DNA from: Bifidobacterium longum subsp. longum JCM 1217
Lineage (GTDB): Bacteria > Actinomycetota > Actinomycetes > Actinomycetales > Bifidobacteriaceae
Assembly (NCBI RefSeq): GCF_000196555.1
Contig: NC_015067.1
Location: 1 to 32,000, forward strand
Reading direction: 5' to 3'
Length of the DNA stretch: 32,000 nucleotides
Below are positions 19,934 through 27,282 of the stretch, in pieces (position 1 is the first letter of the stretch; every line of letters starts with the position of its first letter). The position numbers and the translations under genes were made by a program. The notes under the pieces were generated by a model. That model made no database searches and was not told the origin of the DNA. It worked only from the letters and a program-made list of their open reading frames with translations.

Positions 19934-20043
19934 GGCTCTTCCGGTTTTGGCGTGACCCGCAGCCTCCTCCACACCGGCGGCTTCAGACACACCATACAAG
20001 CCCACCTATAAGCATCCCCCTACACACCAAAACCGGAAGAGCC
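19934..20043. mobile_element. 110-bp miniature inverted-repeat element with ISL3-type termini (GGCTCTTCC...)
   Basis: Left IR GGCTCTTCCGGTTTTGGCGTG (19934-19954) matches the reverse complement of CACACCAAAACCGGAAGAGCC (20023-20043) at 20 of 21 positions. The flanking 8-mers AATCATCC and AATTATCT match at 6 of 8. There is no ORF inside. Confidence 0.65.
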
Positions 20044-20184
20044 AATTATCTGCCGGTACCTTCCACCCGAGAGGAAGGTGTAGTCCTCCGGGTCCGGGCG
20101 ATATCGCCGCAAGGCGAAGGATTTTCGTGTACCGTTCCATGAAGACGGAGCGACAATGACCACGCGGTTGGTCTGAATCCTCGA

Positions 20185-20215
20185 GGGGTGGTCCTTAACA
20201 GGACCACCCCTTTTT
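20185..20215 (+). terminator. canonical intrinsic terminator with no annotated upstream gene
   Basis: GGGGTGGTCC (20185-20194), loop TTAACA, GGACCACCCC (20201-20210), then TTTTT (20211-20215). Confidence 0.75.
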
Positions 20216-20303
20216 CGATGGAGAGGGCCATGGCGGACTGGGAGAATCCCTCGAACAAGAACGCAAAAACCCTCAGAATCGGTATTATTCCAAGGGTTGT
20301 CTG

Positions 20304-20376
20304 TGGAGCTAGCCGGGTTCGAACCGGCGACCCTCTGCTTGCAAAGCAGATGCGCTACCAGCTGCGCTATAGCCCC
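20304..20376 (-). tRNA. tRNA-Ala (anticodon TGC)
   Basis: The reverse complement is GGGGCTATAGCGCAGCTGGTAGCGCATCTGCTTTGCAAGCAGAGGGTCGCCGGTTCGAACCCGGCTAGCTCCA. It has a cloverleaf, a G3:U70 pair, anticodon loop TTTGCAA and T-loop GGTTCGAAC. CCA is not encoded. Confidence 0.95.
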
Positions 20377-20387
20377 GTGAGAAAAAA

Positions 20388-20407
20388 AGAGCGGCTCGCG
20401 GCCGCTT
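20388..20407 (-). terminator. short GC hairpin with a T7 tract between the two tRNA genes (weak terminator or processing signal)
   Basis: On the minus strand the sequence reads GCGGC cgcga GCCGC followed by TCTTTTTTTC. Confidence 0.35.
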
Positions 20408-20418
20408 CATTTTTCCTG

Positions 20419-20492
20419 TGGGCCCGGGAGGACTTGAACCTCCGACCTCATCCTTATCAGGGATGCGCTCTAACCAGCTGAGCTACGGGCCC
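20419..20492 (-). tRNA. tRNA-Ile (anticodon GAT)
   Basis: The reverse complement is GGGCCCGTAGCTCAGCTGGTTAGAGCGCATCCCTGATAAGGATGAGGTCGGAGGTTCAAGTCCTCCCGGGCCCA. It has a 7-bp acceptor stem, anticodon loop CTGATAA and T-loop GGTTCAAGT. Confidence 0.95.
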
Positions 20493-20524
20493 GATCCATA
20501 CGCTTCAAAAGCGCACAAGTGATT

Positions 20525-20552
20525 ACAATACCATTGAACGGCGGTATGTCAA
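20525..20552 (-). promoter_or_regulatory. sigma-70-like promoter for the tRNA-Ile/tRNA-Ala genes
   Basis: On the minus strand, TTGACA (20552-20547) is followed by a 16-nt spacer and TATTGT (20530-20525). The -10 element lies about 32 nt upstream of the tRNA-Ile 5' end. Confidence 0.5.
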
Positions 20553-20630
20553 TAACGGCGTGTCGCGATTGTCGCTTGCGCCATGATTGCCGGCTCGACG
20601 GTCAATGCCCAGCTACGTAACCTTGCGTTC

Positions 20631-21316
20631 TCACACCGTAATGCTGCGGTTACACCTCCCTCTCTGCGCAGAAATGTCCAATACATATGAGGCTTCTGCT
20701 GTTTTCGTGGGTTGGGTTCTTGGTTGTGGTGGGCGTATGTCGAGTCCGCCGCGGCGGAGCATGACAAGCGCGATGGGATTGTTCGCGTGGTGGAAGCCGT
20801 AGGCCATGCGGATGGTGACCTTGATCCTGTTGTCGGACGCCTCGAGCCTGGCGTTTGAACAGCCCAATTCGATTGTCCCGAGGATGTCGGGCCCATGACG
20901 GCGGATCTTCCGGGCGGGTTCGACGATCTCGGGGATGCGGCTGTGGGACGCCCGGAACACCCGGCGGTTCAGTTCGGTCCGGGCCTGGTCGCCGGTCGTT
21001 TGGGCATCGTCCGGAGGGGTTCCCTGAGCCGCCATGAACGGTAGGGCCGGCCCTTGGGGTCCGTGTCCCGCAGGTTCCCGGACGCCTCGGACCGTCTGTC
21101 GGTCAGCTTGCCGGGGTTCTTCAGGACGGTGTATCTGCCGCCGCGCATGCGCTTGACGGATTTCTCGTCCCCGTCGCGGCGCTGCGCTTCGACGGCTACA
21201 CGGACGGGGCGGACCTGTGGCAGTACGTCATCGCGAACTTCGGCACCCTCTGCTGGGTGCCATCATGCTCGGCTGTCTCGTCATGGTGTCCTCGGCCACC
21301 GCGAAGGCGGGGCAGA
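20631..21316 (-). pseudogene. ISL3 family transposase remnant (C-terminal portion, internally frameshifted, 5' end cut off by the IS30-family element)
   Basis: The minus-strand frames give GGRYTVLKNPGKLTDR...SWRLREPLR. After a frameshift near 20990-21010 they give SHSRIPEIVEPARKIRRHGPDILGTIELGCSNARLEASDNRIKVTIRMAYGFHHANNPIALVML, which is typical of ISL3 transposase C-termini. Confidence 0.75.
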
Positions 21317-21386
21317 TTCTAGTGGTGGTTGCAACACCTGAGGTTTGAGCGGCCTTCCATGGTCACGTTGTCGGTTGTTGAGGTTA

Positions 21387-22418
21387 TCACGCGGCGTCGA
21401 GCAGTTCGATGATCTTCTCGCTTGGTTTCATGAACCCGAGGGTTTTGCGTGGCCGGTCGTTGAGTTCCTCGGCGACCGCGTCGAGGTAGTCCTCCGGGTA
21501 GACGGATAGGTCGGTGCCTTTGGGGAAGTACTGGCGCAGGAGCCCGTTGGTGTTCTCGTTGGTGCCGCGCTGCCACGGGGAGTGCGGGTCGCAGAAGTAG
21601 ACGGCCATGTCCAGCGAGGCGCCGATCCGTTTGTGCAGGGCGAGTTCCGCTCCCTGGTCCCAGGTCAGGCTGTTGCGCAGGAGTTTGGGCAGGTGCTGCA
21701 TCTTGTCGATGATGGCCTGCTGGACGTGTTCGGCGTCGTGCCCGTCGGGCAGGTGCAGCAGGATCGTGAACCTGGTGGTGCGCTCGACGAGCGTGCCGAT
21801 GGCGCTTTTGTTGCGGCTGCCGGTGATGAGATCGCCCTCCCAGTGGCCCGGGACCGCCCGGTCCTCGATCTCCGGGGGTCGCTCCGAGATCATGGCCATG
21901 GGTTCGCGGAAACGGGGTTTGCGGCCTTGGCCGCCTTGGGGTCTGCGGGCGGTTCGCCCCTGCCTCATGGCGCGTTTCAGCTCCTGCTTGAGTTCGCCCC
22001 TGGCCTGCAGGTAGATGGCCTGGTAGATCGTCTCGACGCTCGCGTGCATATCCCCATTATCCGGGAAGTCCAGCCTCAGCCGGTTGGCTATCTGCTCCGG
22101 GCTCCAATGCCTGCGCAACCCGGCGGCGATCTCGTCCCACAGTCGCGTGCCCTCGGCCGCCTTGCGCGGTTTGGGGCGTTTGAGCCGGTCCGCGGCCTTC
22201 TGCTGGGCGCGGTAAGGCTCGTAACCGCCGGACTCGGGATTCCTGTTGCGCTCGACCTCGCGGCTGACCGTGCCGGGGTCGCGGCCCAGCAGGCGGGCGA
22301 TGGCGCGGATCGAATCGCCCAGACGCAGACGGTCCGCGATCTGGATGCGCTCCTCCTGGCTCAGGTAGCGCGGATGGAGGGTCTTGGGTTTGTCCATGGT
22401 GGAACGATACCAGTCCAC
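21387..22418 (-). CDS. IS30 family transposase, C-terminal roughly 346 codons; the N-terminal 77 codons lie at 24877..25107 beyond the IS21 insertion
   Basis: It has the HTH YLSQEERIQIADRLRLGDSIRAIARLLGRDPGTVSREVERN and a DDE core (GHWEGDLI...TWDQGAE...). The frame is open upstream to 22427 (KPLVDW) and then runs into the IS21 end. Confidence 0.85.
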   Translation of the reverse strand: MDWYRSTMDKPKTLHPRYLSQEERIQIADRLRLGDSIRAIARLLGRDPGTVSREVERNRNPESGGYEPYRAQQKAADRLKRPKPRKAAEGTRLWDEIAAGLRRHWSPEQIANRLRLDFPDNGDMHASVETIYQAIYLQARGELKQELKRAMRQGRTARRPQGGQGRKPRFREPMAMISERPPEIEDRAVPGHWEGDLITGSRNKSAIGTLVERTTRFTILLHLPDGHDAEHVQQAIIDKMQHLPKLLRNSLTWDQGAELALHKRIGASLDMAVYFCDPHSPWQRGTNENTNGLLRQYFPKGTDLSVYPEDYLDAVAEELNDRPRKTLGFMKPSEKIIELLDAA

Positions 22419-22517
22419 CAGGGGTTTCTCGTTTGTATTTAGTCAAGTCGGTGTTTCGTGTTTCGTCACTAATTTTTTTCGGTTTTCGGCATGAGGAGTG
22501 CCGGCCGGTGGTTTGTT

Positions 22518-23279
22518 TTACTGGTTGTCCGTCTTGCCGAACATGAGGGCCTGGCTGACGCGTCGGCTGGGGCCGGTGAATTCGATGAGGCGTCCGTGGT
22601 GGACGATGCGGTCGATGATCGCGGCGGCGAGTTTGTCGTCGGCGAAGATCGTCCCCCATTTGCTGAACTCGATGTTCGTGGTGAAGATGATGCTGCGCCG
22701 CTCGTAGCTGCCGGCGATGATCTGGTAGAGGAGGCGGGCCCCGTCGATGTCGAAGGGCACGTAGCCGAACTCGTCGAGGATGATCAGGTCGGCACGGGCG
22801 AGGTCTTTGAGCAGGTTGTCGAGGGCGCCGTCGCGTTTGGCCTTGCCGAGCTGGAGCACGAGCTCCGCGGTCTGCCGGAACCTCACGCTCCTGCCTTGCT
22901 CGATGGCGAGCATGCCCAGGGCGGTGGCCAGGTGGGTCTTGCCGCGTCCCGTCTTGCCGTAGAACACGAGGTCCTGCGCCTTGGCCACGAAATCGAGGCC
23001 GGTCAGCTGCTCCTTGGTGTATCCGTCGGGCAGGCGCACGTTCGCGAAGTCGTAGCCGTCGAGGCTTTTGGGCACCGGGAACCGGGCCTGGCGCATGAGC
23101 CTTGCCCGTTTGGAGGCCTCCCTGTTGGCCAGTTCCGTGGCGAGCATGCGGTCGATGGCGTCCAGTTGGCGGGGCGTGGCCCATTCGAGCGTTTCGTCGA
23201 TGGTGGCCTGCGAGATGAACAGGCTCCTCGCCCGCTCGCGCAGCGGGCCGGGGTCGGTCCGTCCGTTCTTCTGGTTCAC
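22518..23279 (-). CDS. istB: IS21 helper ATPase IstB
   Basis: Walker A GKTGRGKTHLA and Walker B LIILDEFGY. The GTG start at 23279 overlaps the istA stop (GTGA) and has AAGGAGG upstream. The longer ORF to 23591 is a high-GC extension. Confidence 0.9.
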   Translation of the reverse strand: MNQKNGRTDPGPLRERARSLFISQATIDETLEWATPRQLDAIDRMLATELANREASKRARLMRQARFPVPKSLDGYDFANVRLPDGYTKEQLTGLDFVAKAQDLVFYGKTGRGKTHLATALGMLAIEQGRSVRFRQTAELVLQLGKAKRDGALDNLLKDLARADLIILDEFGYVPFDIDGARLLYQIIAGSYERRSIIFTTNIEFSKWGTIFADDKLAAAIIDRIVHHGRLIEFTGPSRRVSQALMFGKTDNQ

Positions 23280-24742
23280 TCGTCCTCCTTGGTGTAGGCG
23301 ATGTCGTATTCGCTCAGGTCCACGGGGTCGTCGTAGGCCACGGGTCCCAGGCCCGAGGCGTGGCGTGCCGCGGCCAGACATACCCCGGCCCGGTCCGTGC
23401 CTCCGGTGGATTCGAGGATCTCGAGCATGCCGGCCACGGCCGCCCGCCAGCCGCTCTCGCCGTCGGCGTGCAGCAGGGCACGCAGGCTGTCGCGCCGCGT
23501 GGCCTCGTCCTGCGCGTCGATCCATTCGCGAAGCGGGTCGGGCATCGCGTCGCGCACCCGGCTGTTGCGCCAGGCCGCCGGCCGGTCGCACAACAGCCCG
23601 AGCTGGCTCGACGGGTCGCCGCTGTCGGTCGGCTTGTCCCCGTAGGACCTCGGATGCGTGATCACGCGTTTGCCTTCGGCATCGAGGATCTCCACCTCCA
23701 GGGCCCTCAGGCCGACGATCATCTCATGGCCGGCGTGTTCGGGTCCGGCCGCGTACCGGTGGCGGCCCTGGACGGTGACGTTTCCGTATTTGTCGGCCTT
23801 CATCCTCGTCCACGTGACCACGTCGAACGGCTTGGCGGGCAGGGGCAGCAGCGCCTTGCGATCATCCTCGAACAGGCCGGCCTGGCTCTCGCCCTTCCTG
23901 TAATGGTCCTTGTCCCCCAGCTCGAGACAGCGGTCGGGAAGGCGCAGGTTGAAGTTGTCGAGGCTCCACACGCTGGGCACCGGCACGAACAGCCTTCGGC
24001 GCACGGCCCCGACCCTGGCCTCGACCGCGCCCTTCTCGTGGCCCGAGTACGGGTTGCAGAACGAGTACTCGAACCCGTAATGGGCCTGGAACGCCTGGAA
24101 CAGGCGGGTCAGGCGGATCTCGTCGAACCGTCGGCGGCCCACGCCGGCGGCATTGTCGTACACGATGCGCCGGGGCACCCCGCCCAGCCATTCGAACAGG
24201 TTAAGCAAAGCCTGACACGTGCATTCCGCGTTCTCCCCGGGCATCAGCTGGCACGGCGAGATGTTCGAGTACGGGAAATCCAACACGAAATGCCGCATCC
24301 GCGTCACGACGCCCCGGTAGCGCACGTCGACCTGGCCGAAGTCCGCCTGGCATTCGCCCGGATGCCACGACAGGTCCAGGAAACCCATCTCGCGCTCCGC
24401 CATGAACTCACGCTTCAACCGGGCCACCGTCCGGGTCACCGTCGACAACGACGCCTCCACCCCGTACTCGTCACGCAACCGCTCGTGGATGCGCGTCGCC
24501 GTGTGACGTTGCTTGTGCCAGGTCTCCCGGTCCTCGGCGAGCATGCCCTCGATCACGGGAATCCACTCGTCGAGCACCGAGCCACGGCGTCTCCTTACCG
24601 GAGGCCTGGCCGACAGGTCGTCGGCCTTGAGATACTTGCGCACGGTCGGCTCGCTGACCTTCTCGCCGCGCGCGATCGAGGCGACGGACTCCCCATTCCT
24701 GCGCCTCTGACGGATAGACTGTATTTTGGGCATGCTGATCAT
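23276..24742 (-). CDS. istA: IS21 family transposase IstA
   Basis: 488 aa with an N-terminal HTH (SIARGEKVSEPTVRKYL) and a DDE region (ECQADFG...YDNAAG...GHEKGAVE). Confidence 0.93.
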   Translation of the reverse strand: MISMPKIQSIRQRRRNGESVASIARGEKVSEPTVRKYLKADDLSARPPVRRRRGSVLDEWIPVIEGMLAEDRETWHKQRHTATRIHERLRDEYGVEASLSTVTRTVARLKREFMAEREMGFLDLSWHPGECQADFGQVDVRYRGVVTRMRHFVLDFPYSNISPCQLMPGENAECTCQALLNLFEWLGGVPRRIVYDNAAGVGRRRFDEIRLTRLFQAFQAHYGFEYSFCNPYSGHEKGAVEARVGAVRRRLFVPVPSVWSLDNFNLRLPDRCLELGDKDHYRKGESQAGLFEDDRKALLPLPAKPFDVVTWTRMKADKYGNVTVQGRHRYAAGPEHAGHEMIVGLRALEVEILDAEGKRVITHPRSYGDKPTDSGDPSSQLGLLCDRPAAWRNSRVRDAMPDPLREWIDAQDEATRRDSLRALLHADGESGWRAAVAGMLEILESTGGTDRAGVCLAAARHASGLGPVAYDDPVDLSEYDIAYTKEDE

Positions 24743-24876
24743 TTGCCTTTCCGGCCCTTTCCCGAATGGATTCGAAGCACCATCAGGCTAAGGCCCACGG
24801 GTGGTCGGCATGCCTTTCTGCCTAAACCCGAAAAAACTACGTGACTAAAACCTCAACTCCCTATTGAACACATACA

Positions 24877-25107
24877 CTCGTTCCTTCCCGTGGCGCGCGT
24901 CCTGCCGTTGCGCCACGCCTTGCCGGTGCGTTTCGAGACGCCGACCGCGTGCGCGGCCTGGGTGAAGTTCATGCCTTCCTCGTCCAGCAGGCGCACGTAC
25001 TCGGCGCGTCTCGCCTCGCACATCAGCTTCCTCGTCGGATATTCGACGCCGTTGAACGTCCAACGGTGTTCCCCGCCACGGTCTTCGTTTCGGTGGCTTC
25101 TGGTCAC
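24877..25107 (-). pseudogene. displaced N-terminal 77 codons (first HTH) of the IS30-family transposase
   Basis: A GTG at 25107 is preceded by AAGGAGG with a 5-nt spacer. The sequence reads ...LLDEEGMNFTQAAHAVGVSKRTGKAWRNGRTRATGRNE and joins in-frame to KPLVDWYRST at 22427 once IS21 and one TSD copy are removed. Confidence 0.8.
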
Positions 25108-25173
25108 CTGACCCTCCTTGCGGTAGGTCAGGTGTTGCAACGATCACTAGAACCCGCCCGGTGTTCGAGGAGT

Positions 25174-25183
25174 GGGGGGGGGG
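25174..25183. repeat. G10 homopolymer tract
   Basis: Ten consecutive G between the IS30 right IR (25152) and the stop of the truncated ATPase gene (25217). Confidence 0.9.
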
Positions 25184-25216
25184 CTGCGTTCCGGGGCATT
25201 TGCCGGCCGTCCGGCG

Positions 25217-26368
25217 TCACATCGTCAGGCTGTCCGGGTTGAGGAGGAAATCGTAGACGCTCATCGTGAGGATGCCGTGTTCGTCGCGGACGGGTTTGAC
25301 CACGTCGCGTACGAGGACGATCTTCTGGAAGCTGTCGTCGATCTCGAGCAGCGAGGCCTTCTCCTGCGCGACCTTCTCCGGTGTGGGCAGTTGGTATGCG
25401 GATTGAATGTAGCAGCGCCGGTTGCCGAGGTTCGCCACGAAATCGACCTCGAGGCGTTTGCGGTACGGCACACCTTCGCTGGTGCCGCGCCGGTCGACCA
25501 CGCCCACATCGACGTTGTAGCCGCGTGTTCGCAGCTCGTTGTACACGATGTTCTCCATGATGTGCGTCTGCTCGATCTGGCAGAACCCCAGTCGCGCGTT
25601 GCGCAGCCCCATGTCCTCGAAATAGTATTTCTTCGGGCTGCCGATGTACTTGCGTCCCTTGACGTCGAACCGTCTCGCCTCCTCGATGACGAACGCGTCC
25701 TCGAGATGGCCGATGTATTGCATGATGGTGTTCGTGCTGATGCCGGAATGCAGCACGCTGGCGAACGTGGCCTTGATCTTGGGCGGATTGGTCAGGGCTC
25801 CGATGGAGGAGGCCAGCACGTCGACCAGGTCGTCGAGCTCCTGCGACCTGCGCAGCCCGTTGCGCGAGACGATGTCCTTGAGATAGGTCTCCTCGAACAG
25901 GTTCTTCAGATAGAGGGACTTCTGCTCGTCGCTTCTCATGGACAAGGTGAGCGGCATGCCGCCGAACATCACGTATTCGGCCCAGCCGTGCTGGACGTCG
26001 CCGTCGTACGCCTGCATGAACTCGGCGAACGACAGGGGGCGGACGCGGACCTCGTCGCCGCGGCCGCGGAACTCGGTCATCACGTTGGTGGACAGCATCT
26101 TCGAGTTGCTGCCAGTCACGTACACGTCCACGTTGCGCATGCGCAGCAGCCCGTTGAGCACCCCGTACAGACGGGGCGGCTCCTCGCCGCGCATCTCCTC
26201 GTCCGAGATCGCGTACTGCACCTCGTCCAGCAGCACGTAGTACGGTTCCTCGCGATTCGTGATACGGGATCTCACATAGTCGGACAGGGCGTGCGCGTGG
26301 GGGTAAGGGGCGGTTGCCGATTCGTGAGGGGCGGCATTGTGTGCCGCTTGTTGTCCGCCGTTGTGCAA
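25217..26368 (-). pseudogene. AAA+ ATPase with a DUF4143-like C-terminal domain, 5'-truncated (Walker A region missing)
   Basis: It retains Walker B YYVLLDEVQ and the C-terminal LEVDFVANLG... domain. There is no P-loop and no credible start: the track ORF begins at a TTG, and its first roughly 25 codons are non-homologous. Confidence 0.75.
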
Positions 26369-26370
26369 GA

Positions 26371-27186
26371 ATGACTTGCATGCCTTATCGCCGTCGTCAA
26401 TCCACCGCTCCGAAGTCCGGTGCGCCGAAATCCGTTCGGTCCGCTGCCGCCGGGCAGTCGTTGGACATTGACGGCATCCATCTGCACCTGACGCGCAAAC
26501 CCATCAAAAACCTGTATCTGCGCATCAAACCGCCGAGCGGCCGCGTCGAAATCTCCGCACCGATGCGGATGAGCGAGAGTCGCATTGCGGATTTCGTCAA
26601 AGAGCGACATTCGTGGATTCTCGCCCAGCAGCAGCGCATGGCTGAGGCGCAACGGCGCTCCATCATGGCATTGAACGAGGGCGCCGGCTTCGAGAACGGA
26701 GGTCGTGGTGTAGCTGGTGCCAGCGGCCATGATGGAGGCGTTGCCGGTCGTCCGAAAACCGGTGATATCAGTCGTCCGGGAATTGGTGACGCCGGGCCAG
26801 GCCAAGCCGGTACGAATGTCCAACCGTATTTTGACCGCTCCCAAATCTGGACCGACGAACGCAAACGACAAGCGGCGGCCGCGATCAACGCCGCGTTGCC
26901 ACAGCTGCTGGCCAAGTGGGGGCCGGTCGTCGGCCGGCAGCCCACGCATATCACGCTACGGGTCATGACCTCGCGCTGGGGATCGTGTACACCGCGAACC
27001 GGCCGCATCCGTCTGAACCTTCAATTGGGACTGATGGAACCGCAATTCCTGGAATACGTCTTGGTCCATGAGATGACGCATTTGTGGGAAAGCGGCCACG
27101 GTGCCGGATTCCAGCGCCGCATGACCGCCTACCTACCCGGCTGGAAGACGCTGCGCCGCGACCTCAACCGCCGCGTGGTGCTGTGA
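26371..27186 (+). CDS. DUF45/YgjP-like HExxH metallopeptidase family protein
   Basis: Motif VLVHEMTHLWESGHG, SRWGSC, and an N-terminal KNLYLRIKPPSGRVEISAP. I chose the ATG at 26371 over the TTG at 26314. A Gly-rich insert of about 60 aa lies mid-protein. Confidence 0.8.
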   Translation: MTCMPYRRRQSTAPKSGAPKSVRSAAAGQSLDIDGIHLHLTRKPIKNLYLRIKPPSGRVEISAPMRMSESRIADFVKERHSWILAQQQRMAEAQRRSIMALNEGAGFENGGRGVAGASGHDGGVAGRPKTGDISRPGIGDAGPGQAGTNVQPYFDRSQIWTDERKRQAAAAINAALPQLLAKWGPVVGRQPTHITLRVMTSRWGSCTPRTGRIRLNLQLGLMEPQFLEYVLVHEMTHLWESGHGAGFQRRMTAYLPGWKTLRRDLNRRVVL

Positions 27187-27282
27187 CGATGACGGGTCAG
27201 GCTTCAGTGCCGGCGATGTGGCTGATGGCCTGATCGGATTCGTCGACGATTTGCCGCATGGTCCGAATGCGCCACCATCTCG

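Larger units (their letters stand above)
22434..24876 (-). mobile_element. complete IS21-family insertion sequence (2443 bp) with a 6-bp target site duplication
   Basis: The termini are 5'-TGTAT...ATACA-3'. The subterminal blocks GTCAC(G)TA(R)TTTTTTCGG(K)TTT are shared in inverted orientation. A perfect direct repeat CTCGTT lies at 22428-22433 and 24877-24882. The element contains istA and istB. Confidence 0.92.
21317..25152 (-). mobile_element. IS30-family insertion sequence (native length about 1387 bp) interrupted by an IS21-family element
   Basis: The 25-bp terminal inverted repeats are TTCTAGTGGTGGTTGCAACACCTGA (21317-21341) and the reverse complement of 25128-25152, TTCTAGTGATCGTTGCAACACCTGA (23 of 25 identical). 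The transposase reading frame is restored in-frame when 22434-24882 is removed. Confidence 0.85.

Noticed and set aside
19575-20215. Known housekeeping RNAs (RNase P RNA, SRP/4.5S, tmRNA, 6S) in the ORF-free region next to the tRNAs.
   Set aside because: None of the hallmark motifs are present: no GAGGAAAGTCCGGGC for RNase P, no GGAA-tetraloop SRP domain IV sequence, and no tRNA-like 3' end with a tag ORF for tmRNA.
20592-20630. GGCTCGACGGTCAATGCCC at 20592 as the outer terminal repeat of the ISL3 remnant.
   Set aside because: It starts with the ISL3-like GGCTC and is well placed, 35 bp beyond the transposase stop. With the other end of the element deleted, however, there is no partner repeat to confirm it. 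It is left as a guess.
22419-22472. An initial reading of the IS30 copy as a complete 1.1-kb element, with a right inverted repeat at about 22440-22457 (GAAACACCGACTTGAC versus GCAACACCTGAGGTTTGAG).
   Set aside because: A much better 23-of-25 IR partner lies at 25128-25152. The 22434-22472 sequence belongs to the IS21 left end, which has a TGTAT terminus and a mirrored subterminal block at 24830-24876. The CTCGTT duplication and the in-frame fusion of the transposase halves settle it.
22518-23591. A 357-aa ORF as the full istB gene.
   Set aside because: The N-terminal roughly 100 codons are Arg/Pro/Gly-rich and overlap istA. The GTG at 23279 has an AAGGAGG RBS and the classic GTGA overlap with the istA stop, giving a normal IstB of about 253 aa.
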